A DNA stretch of 64,000 nucleotides. It comes from a virus (lineage: Duplodnaviria; Caudoviricetes). The position numbers and the translations under genes are program-made. The notes beneath the pieces were generated by a model, which did no database searches, was not told the DNA's origin, and saw only the letters and a program-made list of their open reading frames with translations. Below, piece by piece: positions 28,492 through 38,210 of the stretch. The DNA is taken from the IMG/VR virus record IMGVR_UViG_3300020434_000055; one strand, 5' to 3'. Numbering within the stretch: position 1 is the first letter of the stretch; each line of letters starts with the position of its first letter.

Positions 28492-29775
28492 ATGCCAGTA
28501 GCAACAAAAACAAAAACTAAAAAAATTAAAAAAATTAAAGAACCACCAGTTTTAAAACTCTCTGATGAAGAATATAGACAAATGAGAGCAGAAGTATTAG
28601 ATAAAATAATTGTAGCAAGAGTTGGACTATTATTAAGACATCCTTTCTTTGGTAATATGGCTACTAGATTACAAATAAAAGAATGTGATGATTGGTGTCC
28701 TACGGCGGCTACTGATGGTAGACACTTATATTATAATACAGAATTTTTTCACAAATTAAGCACTAAAGAAATTGAATTCGTAATAGGTCACGAAATATTA
28801 CATTGTGTTTTTAATCATTTACAAAGAAACGAAAATAGAAATAGAATGCTCTATAATATTGCGGCAGACTATCTAGTTAATAATACTTTATGTAGAGACA
28901 ATATAGGTGAAAAACCTAAAGGTATTCAAATATTTCAAGATTACAAATATGATGGATGGAGTTCTGAAGAAGTATATGATGACTTATTTAAAAATGCTAA
29001 AAAAATTGATATAAGCAAATTAGGAAAACTATTAGATGAACATATTGATTGGGAAAAAGGTCCTAATGGTAGTTCAGGTGGTAAGGATAAAAATGGTAAA
29101 AATAAACAACCTATAATAAGCAAAAAAGAAATGGAAAAAATTCAAAACGAAATTAAAGAGGGTATAATGCAATCAGCCCAAGCGGCAGGCCCAGATCATT
29201 TACCTGAAGAAATTGAAAGAATGATTAAAGATTTTGCTAATCCTAAAATGGATTGGAGAGAAATATTACAACAACAAATACAAAGTGTTATAAGAAACGA
29301 CTATACTTTTGCTAGACCTTCTAGAAAGGCTTGGCATTCAGGTATAATTTTACCAGCAACAGATTACGAAAAAACAATAGATATTTGTGTAGCAATAGAC
29401 ACATCAGGTTCTATTGAAGAACGACAATTAAAAACTTTTTTAAGTGAAATTCAAAGTATTATGGATCAATATAAAGATTATAATATTAAAATATGGTCTT
29501 TTGATACTAAAGTTTATAATGAACAAGACTTTACTGCTAGTGATGGTAATTTAGAAGACTATGACGCTAAAGGCGGCGGTGGAACAGATTTCATGGCAAA
29601 TTGGAGATATATGAAAGATAATGATATAGTTCCAAAAAAACTAATAGTATTCACAGATGGTTATCCTTGGGACGATTGGGGAGATCCTGATTATTGCGAT
29701 ACTATTTGGGTTCTTCATGAACATCAAAACAAAAACTTTGAAGCACCTTTTGGTATAACAACGCACTATGAATAA
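28492..29775 (+). CDS. Metallopeptidase-like plus VWA-domain protein (DUF2201-like), MoxR partner
   Basis: TAATDG, GHEILH (HExxH), DTSGS (MIDAS), GGGTDF, VFTDG. Confidence 0.85.
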   Translation: MPVATKTKTKKIKKIKEPPVLKLSDEEYRQMRAEVLDKIIVARVGLLLRHPFFGNMATRLQIKECDDWCPTAATDGRHLYYNTEFFHKLSTKEIEFVIGHEILHCVFNHLQRNENRNRMLYNIAADYLVNNTLCRDNIGEKPKGIQIFQDYKYDGWSSEEVYDDLFKNAKKIDISKLGKLLDEHIDWEKGPNGSSGGKDKNGKNKQPIISKKEMEKIQNEIKEGIMQSAQAAGPDHLPEEIERMIKDFANPKMDWREILQQQIQSVIRNDYTFARPSRKAWHSGIILPATDYEKTIDICVAIDTSGSIEERQLKTFLSEIQSIMDQYKDYNIKIWSFDTKVYNEQDFTASDGNLEDYDAKGGGGTDFMANWRYMKDNDIVPKKLIVFTDGYPWDDWGDPDYCDTIWVLHEHQNKNFEAPFGITTHYE

Positions 29776-30062
29776 TGTTTCCAAAAACTAATATACCAAA
29801 TCCACTAAACTTTCTTAATTGTAGAAAATTTAATAAAAAACCAAAAGGAATGGAATTTATAGAAATTCTTAATTCTAGTCCTGACTCTGACAAACTAATA
29901 GAACAGTGGGTTATACAAAATTTAAAAAGTAGATACTATATTGGTAAACATATCAAAGTAAGCAAAACAGACAATCTCATACATTCTTTTTTGGTAGGAT
30001 TCGAAGATCCAAAAGAGATGAGTATATTCAATTTAAGTTGCCCTCACATTAAACTTCATTAA
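29775..30062 (+). CDS. Hypothetical protein
   Basis: 95 aa ORF coupled to the upstream stop. Confidence 0.6.
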   Translation: MFPKTNIPNPLNFLNCRKFNKKPKGMEFIEILNSSPDSDKLIEQWVIQNLKSRYYIGKHIKVSKTDNLIHSFLVGFEDPKEMSIFNLSCPHIKLH

Positions 30063-30107
30063 ATATCTTCGTATACAATTAATAACAAATACGGAGAACA
30101 TATTAAT

Positions 30108-30440
30108 ATGACTGAGCAAACCAAAACAGATGCGGCAAAACAAACAACCGCACCAGCCGGTCCCGTTGGTCCAGATGGATCGAAAGGACAAATTGCTGGA
30201 GATTTGACTGTCCAAGATTTAGGAATAATCAAATCTATAATTGATGCGGCTTGCCAAAGAGGAGCATTTAAGGCAAATGAAATGCAGGCTGTTGGCGCCA
30301 CATATAATAAATTAGAATCTTTCTTAAACGTTGTACAAGCACAACAAAAAGATTTAACAAAAGATTCTAAAGGAACACCGGCTACTGCAACTGCAAAAGC
30401 CGATGCAAATGTTAATACACAGGTAGGAGGAAAAAAATAA
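30108..30440 (+). CDS. Hypothetical protein
   Basis: 110 aa ORF, GGAG RBS. Confidence 0.7.
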   Translation: MTEQTKTDAAKQTTAPAGPVGPDGSKGQIAGDLTVQDLGIIKSIIDAACQRGAFKANEMQAVGATYNKLESFLNVVQAQQKDLTKDSKGTPATATAKADANVNTQVGGKK

Positions 30441-30982
30441 TGGCTGATCTTAAACACGTTGGACGACTTAAAGGCGGAGAACAAAAAGTTGTTGTAGTTT
30501 ATAGAACAATACCAGGCGATTCTAAATCTGCACTTGTAATAGAAACGGCAAAAATAGGTGCTAGTCCACACGACGCATTAATGAAAGTTGTCGAATCTAA
30601 TGAAGGTCAAACTTCTTTTGAACTTTACGAAGTTTTACAAAGAAGTAGATTACCAAGTGGTGATTTAATGTTGAATTCATTTCACACAAATGGCTTCATG
30701 AATAAAGTAGCTACAACTGAAATAGAAATGACACCAAATGCGAATACAGTTGTTCAATTAGATGAATTGAATAAAATTATCGCAACACAAAAAGGTGTAT
30801 CTATAGAAGAACTTGCTGTAAAAGGTACTACAGTTGAAGCAACTGTGCCTGCAGGTACTAAAGCTAATTTAACAGATAATCAAATCGCTGGAAAAATGAG
30901 AAGCGATGCTGATAGATTCTATAAAGAAGCCGCAAAATTAAGAAAAGACGCAGAAGCATTATCACCAACTAAAAAGAAGTAA
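30440..30982 (+). CDS. Hypothetical protein
   Basis: 180 aa ORF, AGGAGG RBS. Confidence 0.75.
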   Translation: MADLKHVGRLKGGEQKVVVVYRTIPGDSKSALVIETAKIGASPHDALMKVVESNEGQTSFELYEVLQRSRLPSGDLMLNSFHTNGFMNKVATTEIEMTPNANTVVQLDELNKIIATQKGVSIEELAVKGTTVEATVPAGTKANLTDNQIAGKMRSDADRFYKEAAKLRKDAEALSPTKKK

Positions 30983-30988
30983 GATAAC

Positions 30989-31318
30989 GTGTCTGTCGTG
31001 GTGAAGTTTAATAAAAAGAAACTGCCCAAGGATGTGGTAGCTAGTTGGCCCGAAGTTTTTTCTGATTTAAATGTAGAAACAATTCCTGTCCAATATCTGT
31101 TATCAATAAAAGTATCCTTTAAAGATGGCAAAAATTGGGATATTAGGGTTAAACCTAATAGAAAAAACTTCACCAATGCTGACTTAGAACATACCTTAAC
31201 CGACCTATTTGCCACCCACGCAGGTACTATAAAAAACGTAGATTTTCGTCTAGACACTCAAAAAATTAAAAGAGACATCCAAAAACGCACTCATAGGTTC
31301 ATAAAGAAGAACAAATAG
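30989..31318 (+). CDS. Hypothetical protein
   Basis: 109 aa ORF, GTG start. Confidence 0.6.
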   Translation: MSVVVKFNKKKLPKDVVASWPEVFSDLNVETIPVQYLLSIKVSFKDGKNWDIRVKPNRKNFTNADLEHTLTDLFATHAGTIKNVDFRLDTQKIKRDIQKRTHRFIKKNK

Positions 31319-31343
31319 CAAAGCCTGTATTATGGTACCTGTG

Positions 31344-31359
31344 ATAAATATCATAAATA
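31344..31359 (+). promoter_or_regulatory. Tandem T4-late-like promoter motifs
   Basis: ATAAATA at 31344-31350 and 31353-31359, in the gap before the fibre gene. Confidence 0.55.
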
Positions 31360-31396
31360 CATAGTAAGATAGGTATATTAAGGAGTAGCATTAAAA

Positions 31397-32482
31397 ATGG
31401 CATTTCAAGTAAGAAGAGGAAACACTACTGAAAGAGGAACAATCACACCTGCTGAAGGTGAGATAATCTACGATACACTATTAAAAAAGTTATTTGTAGG
31501 AGATGCTTCAACAGTAGGTGGTAATGCAGTAGATACTACAGTCTCAGCAGTATTCGCCAATATTGATGCGGATATGACTCCCGACTTACATAATACTCAC
31601 GACATAGGAACATCCGCTAAAAAATGGAAAGAATTCCATGGAGTAACATTTAACGATGGTACTGCTACAATAACAGGTGGAGTTGGTACAGGTTTTTCTT
31701 CTATTTCTTCAACTAACTTTGTAGGTAATACTGCAGGTGTTCACACTGGTGATACAGGTGGAGGTACACATACTGGTGCTGTAACTGGTGATGTTTTAGG
31801 AAACGTAACTGGTAACGTTTTAGGTGATATAACTGGTGATGTTTTTGATAATTCTGGTACTTTTAAAAGAGTAGATAAAGCTAATCCAATTATTTCTAAT
31901 AGTAAGATTTCTTTAAACGACAATATAATTGAATTACTAGGAGCCGGCAATTACGAACTAGTCCTTGGCAGAGATAATTCTGCTGATGGTATTGGAATTA
32001 CTCACTATGCTAATAACCTTGGTAACACTATAGCATATGAAGTTTTTACTGCAGAAAGTACTTCTTCAGCCTGTAATGCTTTTGAATATAATGCTTCTAG
32101 AGGATCTGTAGCAACTCCTCTTATACTACAAGCTAATGACTTGGTATTTTCTCATACAGCAAAAGGTCGCGATGGTACACAATTTATTGATGTAGGTTAT
32201 ATAGGATTTGGAATAGATTCATCTGGTACAATTGGTACTGGTAATTTACCAGGAAAAATCTTCTTAACTACAACAACAGATGGTGGAACTTCAACTCATG
32301 ATGCAACACTTGATTCAAAAGGTACTTTTGCAATAACTGGTGCAATGCAATTAGCTGTTTATGCCGATGACGCCGCAAGAGATGCCGCAATAGCTTCTCC
32401 GGCCGCTGGTATGACAGTATTCAATACTACTGGTACAAAATTCCAAGGATATACAGGCGCCGCCTGGGTCGACTTAAACTAA
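31397..32482 (+). CDS. Tail fibre/spike-like protein
   Basis: QVRRG...EGEIIYDT...KLFVGD attachment-type N-terminus, Gly/Thr-rich repeats, FQGYTGAAWVDL end. Confidence 0.7.
   Translation: MAFQVRRGNTTERGTITPAEGEIIYDTLLKKLFVGDASTVGGNAVDTTVSAVFANIDADMTPDLHNTHDIGTSAKKWKEFHGVTFNDGTATITGGVGTGFSSISSTNFVGNTAGVHTGDTGGGTHTGAVTGDVLGNVTGNVLGDITGDVFDNSGTFKRVDKANPIISNSKISLNDNIIELLGAGNYELVLGRDNSADGIGITHYANNLGNTIAYEVFTAESTSSACNAFEYNASRGSVATPLILQANDLVFSHTAKGRDGTQFIDVGYIGFGIDSSGTIGTGNLPGKIFLTTTTDGGTSTHDATLDSKGTFAITGAMQLAVYADDAARDAAIASPAAGMTVFNTTGTKFQGYTGAAWVDLN
31784..31845 (+). repeat. 24-bp-period coding tandem repeat (about 2.5 units)
   Basis: actggtgatgttttaggaaacgta / actggtaacgttttaggtgatata / actggtgatgtttt, encoding TGDVLGNV TGNVLGDI TGDV. 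Confidence 0.7.
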
Positions 32483-32487
32483 TTTAA

Positions 32488-33633
32488 TTAAATTGTTGAT
32501 AATTGTTTTTCTTTAAAGTCTTTCTGACTTTTATATGTCCATTTAGTAAGTTCGTATTCTTTTACATCATTAGGTTTAAACATATATTTTTCTGGGACTG
32601 TATCGTGCAATAATTTACCTTCATTAACAACTGCATCACGTAACATTATTTGATGTAAAAAATTTGTTACTGGTTTTCCTGGAACAAAATCGCACCAAGG
32701 ACCACATTGTAATTGTTCTAGGTCTATAGTTTTAGGATCACTCCATTGAATAATCCTGTGAGGTATTCCATTAATGTTTACCATATAATGATATAAATTA
32801 TCATCAGCAGTTTTCTTTTCCCAAGTCCAACCTTTGCGTTCGCATATTTCTTTAATCTTTGCTACGTGTCTACTTAAAAAGAATTTAGGTTCGTCTGGAG
32901 ATCTACCAATATCAGACCCTGCTCTAATTCTATATTGCCAAGATTTATTTCCTAAACTTTGTATTTCTTCTAAAACTTCTTCCATATGATCCAAATGCTC
33001 TAAAGTGTATCCTACATAGTAAACAAAAATTCCTTCTTTTATACAATTGTCAATTCCAATTAATTGTTTTTCATGAATTTTTTTACCTTGATAACTACAA
33101 TGATTCATTCCAATCATAACTGCTGTTATACCTGCTTCTGCAATTTGACGTGTCCAATTTCTATCTGAAAATTTTACACCATTTGTTAATATAGCAATAT
33201 CTTCTTTTCGATTACATTTACGCAAAGTATTTCTAATTTGTGTAATTAATTCGGGCAAATCTTTTCTTACTGTAGGTTCTGCACCAGCTAAAATAACTAC
33301 GCCAGCGTCTGAATGTAATCTATTTTCAACTTGCGAACAAATTATGTTTATAGGTTTGTCTAGTGTTCTATTATCTGGTCTATGATAACAATGAGGACAA
33401 TTTAAATTACATTTGTCTGTAACTTCTATTAATACTCCATCCGGTATAGTATATCCTGCTTTATCATAAATCAAACTGTTGTAAAATTCAACATCAGTTT
33501 CTACAAGATACTCCATATGTCCGTGTTCAGGGCACGTTTTATTAAGATAAACTGCATTATTTTTAGTAATACGTTCTGCTGGAATATGTCTATAACAAGT
33601 ATGACACAAACTTATTGTTTTAGTATCGTTCAT
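32488..33633 (-). CDS. Radical SAM protein with N-terminal Cys/His metal ribbon (MJ0619/Tes-like architecture)
   Basis: SLCHTC...KTCPEHG, then EVTDKCNLNCPHCY, AGAEPT, TNG. Confidence 0.75.
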   Translation of the reverse strand: MNDTKTISLCHTCYRHIPAERITKNNAVYLNKTCPEHGHMEYLVETDVEFYNSLIYDKAGYTIPDGVLIEVTDKCNLNCPHCYHRPDNRTLDKPINIICSQVENRLHSDAGVVILAGAEPTVRKDLPELITQIRNTLRKCNRKEDIAILTNGVKFSDRNWTRQIAEAGITAVMIGMNHCSYQGKKIHEKQLIGIDNCIKEGIFVYYVGYTLEHLDHMEEVLEEIQSLGNKSWQYRIRAGSDIGRSPDEPKFFLSRHVAKIKEICERKGWTWEKKTADDNLYHYMVNINGIPHRIIQWSDPKTIDLEQLQCGPWCDFVPGKPVTNFLHQIMLRDAVVNEGKLLHDTVPEKYMFKPNDVKEYELTKWTYKSQKDFKEKQLSTI

Positions 33634-33637
33634 ACAA

Positions 33638-34324
33638 TTATTTATAGATACTTATTGCTTGGTCAATGAAGTCATCTGGGTAGCTATTACGAAAACTTTC
33701 AAAGCATAGTAATTGAGCTTTATCAAAGGATACAGGAGCATTAACGTCTATATTCATAGCTTTCATTTGTTCATACATTATTACTTTTCTATCATTTGAT
33801 ATATGACTTAAATGATCTTTAACAGTGATTTTAGGTTCGTGAACCATATAACTAAAAAAATAATTAATAGATTTAAGTCTACCTTCTACTACAAAATAAC
33901 TGCTAGGATGAAGACTATACTTGTACATACCTATATCTTTATGTGCTTGAATTATTTCTAACATCTGTTCTTTCCAATTAGGCAATACATCTTCATATGT
34001 TTTATTATGACTTTGCTCCCAGAAGTCTACACCTTCTATACCTAAATGAATTTTTTTCTCTGTATAATTTATATCAAGTATGGATGGTATGTGTTGAGGA
34101 TACTTACTATGCATTTTTAATAACATATTAGTTTCTCTCAACCATTTTTGATTCATTAATTCTGCATCTATTATTTGATTATGTCCTTTATGATATAATG
34201 TATCATTAAAAAACCACTGTACAAATTCAGTTTTATCTTTGTTTACTAAACTAGTATAAACTAAATTATTCCTACATAGCCCTTTATCAGGAACATTATT
34301 ATAATAATATTCGTAATTAATCAT
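33638..34324 (-). CDS. Hypothetical protein, possibly a degenerate kinase-like fold
   Basis: RE..ML, IPSILD, KYSLHPSSYF and KSINYF align loosely with kinase subdomains; catalytic Asp residues are absent. Confidence 0.35.
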   Translation of the reverse strand: MINYEYYYNNVPDKGLCRNNLVYTSLVNKDKTEFVQWFFNDTLYHKGHNQIIDAELMNQKWLRETNMLLKMHSKYPQHIPSILDINYTEKKIHLGIEGVDFWEQSHNKTYEDVLPNWKEQMLEIIQAHKDIGMYKYSLHPSSYFVVEGRLKSINYFFSYMVHEPKITVKDHLSHISNDRKVIMYEQMKAMNIDVNAPVSFDKAQLLCFESFRNSYPDDFIDQAISIYK

Positions 34325-34916
34325 TATATCTCCATAATCTTTGTTTATATAATTGAGATAAAAATATTTGAGGATTTAAACGCCAAATACTTTGTGGAGT
34401 ATTTCTATAATTTAAATCTTTAATATATTCTAAACAACCAGATTTTGCTAACATAGGTGCCCATATTTTATGCACTAATTTTTGAGATCCTGCTTCATTT
34501 TTGTTTGTTGTTATATAAAGTTTTTTGTTTTCTAATGAATACCCCCCATAAGGTTTACCTAAAAGTCCTACCCATTCAATACAAGCAGGCATAAAAAATT
34601 GAGGTGTAACACTTTGATGTTCTACAATTTGTTTTTTAGTTCTTACATTATTAATTGGCAATTCATCTGTGAACACGCAAGTTCTTGCCAATATTCTATA
34701 ACTATTTTCTCCCATTTCATCAAAAGAATGTGCGGCAGTAGACCCAACAATTTTATTTTTATATTGTAAAAACCAAACTTGCCATTCTCGTTCTTTACTA
34801 ATAGAATCTATTAATATTTTTTTTGAACTATTATTTTCGAATCCTTTTTGTTTAGCATTTTGGTAAAAATTAACTAAATCTAAACTTTCTTCGTAAGGTA
34901 TTATTTTGTAATCCAT
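34317..34916 (-). CDS. Hypothetical protein, possible GNAT-like fold
   Basis: WFLQYKNKIVGSTAAH...YRILARTCV strand pattern. Confidence 0.35.
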   Translation of the reverse strand: MDYKIIPYEESLDLVNFYQNAKQKGFENNSSKKILIDSISKEREWQVWFLQYKNKIVGSTAAHSFDEMGENSYRILARTCVFTDELPINNVRTKKQIVEHQSVTPQFFMPACIEWVGLLGKPYGGYSLENKKLYITTNKNEAGSQKLVHKIWAPMLAKSGCLEYIKDLNYRNTPQSIWRLNPQIFLSQLYKQRLWRYND

Positions 34917-34956
34917 GAATTTTTTCCGGCATCAATATTTAACACTAAATATTGGC

Positions 34957-35736
34957 ATGATTAAAGGAATTGGTGGTCAACCATATATAAATTTAGATCC
35001 TTACATTGATATAGACACATACAAAAAACTTCATTATAAATTGTGTGAAGGTTTGGTAAAATCAGAATATAAAAAAGAAGGTAATATGGTAAAACCTGGA
35101 GGTTGCGAAGGTGCTTATGATTTATGGTTTAAACCAATCTATCAAGTGTTAGAAGAATATCATGAATTGCCTGACGACCACGAAATAAAACAAATTGGTA
35201 AAAAAATTGGTGAGTACGATAATAGAGATCAATTTATACTATTTTTAAAATTGTCTATGGGAGCATATGATCCTTATCAATTTATTTTTATAAAATCTGA
35301 AGAAGGTGGTTGGGAAAGTAGATTTGAAGAAAAACAATGGACATCTGATTCTAAATATTTTCCAGAACTAAGACAGTGGTTAGAAAAACTTGTGTCTGAT
35401 AAAGTTTTTGAACATTTAGGAAGAGTAATATTTTTCAAAGCCGAACACGATGTATTCATGCCATTGCATAGAGATTTAATACTACCTAATGAAAATGATT
35501 ACACAGATCATCGACATGAATTTATTCATATACGTACTAACTTAGACAAACCTGTTTATATATGGGACGGAAAAGACAAAAAAATACTTATTGAAAGCCA
35601 TGCTACGTTCTTTAATGATCAAGACTGGCACGCAGGTGGAAAAACTCCTAAACAAACTTTTAGTTTAAGAATTGATGGAAAATTTACTGAATCTTTTAGA
35701 AAAAAGATAGGAATAGGCCATTTAGAAAATTACTAA
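34957..35736 (+). CDS. 2OG-Fe(II)/cupin-like oxygenase
   Basis: PLHRD...FNDQDWHAG...SLRIDG. Start reset to ATG 34957 (TAAATA at 34946-34951). Confidence 0.6.
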   Translation: MIKGIGGQPYINLDPYIDIDTYKKLHYKLCEGLVKSEYKKEGNMVKPGGCEGAYDLWFKPIYQVLEEYHELPDDHEIKQIGKKIGEYDNRDQFILFLKLSMGAYDPYQFIFIKSEEGGWESRFEEKQWTSDSKYFPELRQWLEKLVSDKVFEHLGRVIFFKAEHDVFMPLHRDLILPNENDYTDHRHEFIHIRTNLDKPVYIWDGKDKKILIESHATFFNDQDWHAGGKTPKQTFSLRIDGKFTESFRKKIGIGHLENY

Positions 35737-36293
35737 TGAAAATATTAATCACAGGACATACATCACCAATGGGTAAAGATGTTTATGAACACTATTCAAA
35801 AGATCATGAGTGTTTAGGAGTAAGTAGAACATCTGGTTACGACTTAAACAAATCAGAGGATCAGAATAGAGTAGTTACTGAAGCATTAGCACATGATATA
35901 TTTTTAAACATAGCACACGTTGACGCAGTACAATCAATATTATTAAACAAATTAAACGAACGTTGGACTGCTGAAGCACCACTTAAAAAAGTAATTACAA
36001 TAGGATCATTAATTACAAAATTAGATAAAAAGTTATTAGATAAAGTTAACATAGACAAAAAATATCTTGCAGACAAACATCATCTAGATAGTGTAAGTGA
36101 TTCTTTAAGCAATGAAAAGCCATTTGGCTCACAACTACAATTCAGTTTGATTAGAGTCTTAAATTATGGACCTAAAACAGGAGAACGTGAAGGCGAACCA
36201 ACTTGCAATGTAAACGACATTGTACGTTCTATTGATTATGTAATTAATGAACCTATGTATATAGGTATGATGAATATAAGGAGAAGAGTTTAA
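35736..36293 (+). CDS. Atypical SDR/Rossmann-fold protein
   Basis: MKILITGHTSPMG, FLNIAH, ITIGS, YxxxK (YLADK). Confidence 0.65.
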   Translation: MKILITGHTSPMGKDVYEHYSKDHECLGVSRTSGYDLNKSEDQNRVVTEALAHDIFLNIAHVDAVQSILLNKLNERWTAEAPLKKVITIGSLITKLDKKLLDKVNIDKKYLADKHHLDSVSDSLSNEKPFGSQLQFSLIRVLNYGPKTGEREGEPTCNVNDIVRSIDYVINEPMYIGMMNIRRRV

Positions 36294-36294
36294 G

Positions 36295-36900
36295 ATGAAT
36301 CATGCAAAACTTTATGATAATTTTAAAGACAAATTTGATTGTGAAAAACTAATATCGCAATTAAAAAAACATAAGGGTGTTAGACGTTCATCTGATATTC
36401 CAACTGAAGATACAGAATATGGTGACAAAGCAGTATGGAGAAAAACTGTTGGAGACCTTTGGAAAAGTGTTGGCTACACAGAATTAGATTCTGTAGAATG
36501 GTGGAATTTATATTCTGGTGAACATTTTGATTCAGACTTTGTAACACAATTTGAAAATCTTGTAAATGCTGATAAATTTATGTGCTGGGTAAGTTCTATT
36601 AACCCAGGCAAGTGTGTTCCTAATCATTATGACATTGTACCAGAGTATAGCAAATTAAAAGATGATCCTAAAATGGTCAGATTTGCTTTTTTCATAGACA
36701 AACCTGAAACAGGTAAAGTATTCATCATTAAAGACCAAGCCTTTCATATGTGCAACCAAGGAGATTGTTACGTATGGAATAAATGGGACGAATGGCATAT
36801 GGGTATGAACACTTCTAGTTCAATAAAGTACATTTGGAATTTTATCGGATTAAAAAGAAAAGAAGGCGGAGATGTTTTGAAATTTAGACATTTCTTTTAA
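36295..36900 (+). CDS. Asp/Asn beta-hydroxylase-like 2OG-Fe(II) oxygenase
   Basis: INPGKCVPNHYD...WHMGMN. Confidence 0.65.
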   Translation: MNHAKLYDNFKDKFDCEKLISQLKKHKGVRRSSDIPTEDTEYGDKAVWRKTVGDLWKSVGYTELDSVEWWNLYSGEHFDSDFVTQFENLVNADKFMCWVSSINPGKCVPNHYDIVPEYSKLKDDPKMVRFAFFIDKPETGKVFIIKDQAFHMCNQGDCYVWNKWDEWHMGMNTSSSIKYIWNFIGLKRKEGGDVLKFRHFF

Positions 36901-36903
36901 AAA

Positions 36904-37560
36904 ATGATAGATACATCAATTAAAGTTTTTAATAAATTCAAAGATGGTTCTTTACCGTGGTTAGAATTAGATTTGGATTTTAGTTCATATATAAAAGAAT
37001 CAGAATTTACTGCCGTTGAACCTTATTATGTAACACACAGAGAAGGCGAAACACATAAAGATTGGGAAAGTTGTTGCATTCATGGATTAGGTATTGACAA
37101 AACAAGAGTAGCAACAGATTATGAATATGACAATGAGTTAACTGCGCCATACGATTGGACTCCGTTAGCAAATTTGGCTCCAACAGTTAGAAAATTTTGG
37201 GAAGAGTTCCCAGCAGAAAAATACACTAGAATACGTTTTATGAAATTAAAGCCAGGCGGTAAAATAGATTGGCATAACGACCGTCCACAAAAATTACCTG
37301 ATGATATATGCGAATCAGTAATACCAATAAATGTTGCTGTAACAAATCCAGCATTATGTTATATGGAAATAGAAGATCACGGTATTGTACCTTGGAGAAA
37401 CGGCAAAGTATTTTTAATTAATATTTTAAAAAATCATACAGTAGTCAATAATTCAAATGCTGATAGAATTCATATGATTGGTACTGTATATGTAGGAAAC
37501 AAAAGAAAAGAATTTAATAGTTTACTTGAAAAAAGTTTAAGAAGAAAATTGATTAAGTAA
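36904..37560 (+). CDS. Asp/Asn beta-hydroxylase-like 2OG-Fe(II) oxygenase
   Basis: LKPGGKIDWHND...WRNGKVFLINILKNHTVVN...DRIHMI. Confidence 0.75.
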   Translation: MIDTSIKVFNKFKDGSLPWLELDLDFSSYIKESEFTAVEPYYVTHREGETHKDWESCCIHGLGIDKTRVATDYEYDNELTAPYDWTPLANLAPTVRKFWEEFPAEKYTRIRFMKLKPGGKIDWHNDRPQKLPDDICESVIPINVAVTNPALCYMEIEDHGIVPWRNGKVFLINILKNHTVVNNSNADRIHMIGTVYVGNKRKEFNSLLEKSLRRKLIK

Positions 37561-38163
37561 AATTTCATGAGCCATAACAATTCTCCATTCAGGTATAGGA
37601 GTACCTACTCCATCATAATTTTCTGATACGTCTATATCTTTATACCAAGAATAATGAGGATATGTAGGATTAAATGCCATCTTACCTTGTCTAACAAAAG
37701 CTCTCTTTTTTTCTCCAACACAAATACCACATTTCATTATATCTTCAGTAGGTATAGCTAAACTGTATAAAATTGTATAGCATTTTCCTAAATGCTGATC
37801 CTTTTCAGAATCTCCATTAACTTCACTTTGTGGAGGTACGCCATTAAGAGAGACTTTATGTAATCCTTTTAAATTTTCTCTAGCAAACTCTGTACTCTTT
37901 TTAAAATATTTGTATGCTTCTTTTTCTTGACCATTTAAATAAACTTGCTTACTATACCGAGAATTAATATTGTCAAGATATTCTGATATGTTAAGTTCTG
38001 ATTTCCAATTTGGTCTATCTCTAGGAATTTCTAAATTCCAACTTATTTTTTGTAAATGGTCATTACCATCAACAAAATACCAATTATAATCAGCAGTTAA
38101 TAATTTATGATATTCTTGTAATTTATCGTAACTATTATATGTTTTTAAATCTATGAATTCCAT
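37537..38163 (-). CDS. Cupin/2OG-oxygenase-like protein, first His apparently lost
   Basis: VSLNGVPPQSEV...FNPTYPHYSW...RIVM; the HxD position reads GDSE. Confidence 0.45.
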   Translation of the reverse strand: MEFIDLKTYNSYDKLQEYHKLLTADYNWYFVDGNDHLQKISWNLEIPRDRPNWKSELNISEYLDNINSRYSKQVYLNGQEKEAYKYFKKSTEFARENLKGLHKVSLNGVPPQSEVNGDSEKDQHLGKCYTILYSLAIPTEDIMKCGICVGEKKRAFVRQGKMAFNPTYPHYSWYKDIDVSENYDGVGTPIPEWRIVMAHEILLNQFSS

Positions 38164-38210
38164 TGTATCTTTATTTACTTTCTTTCATTTGGTCTGAATT
38201 AAAAGAAGAA

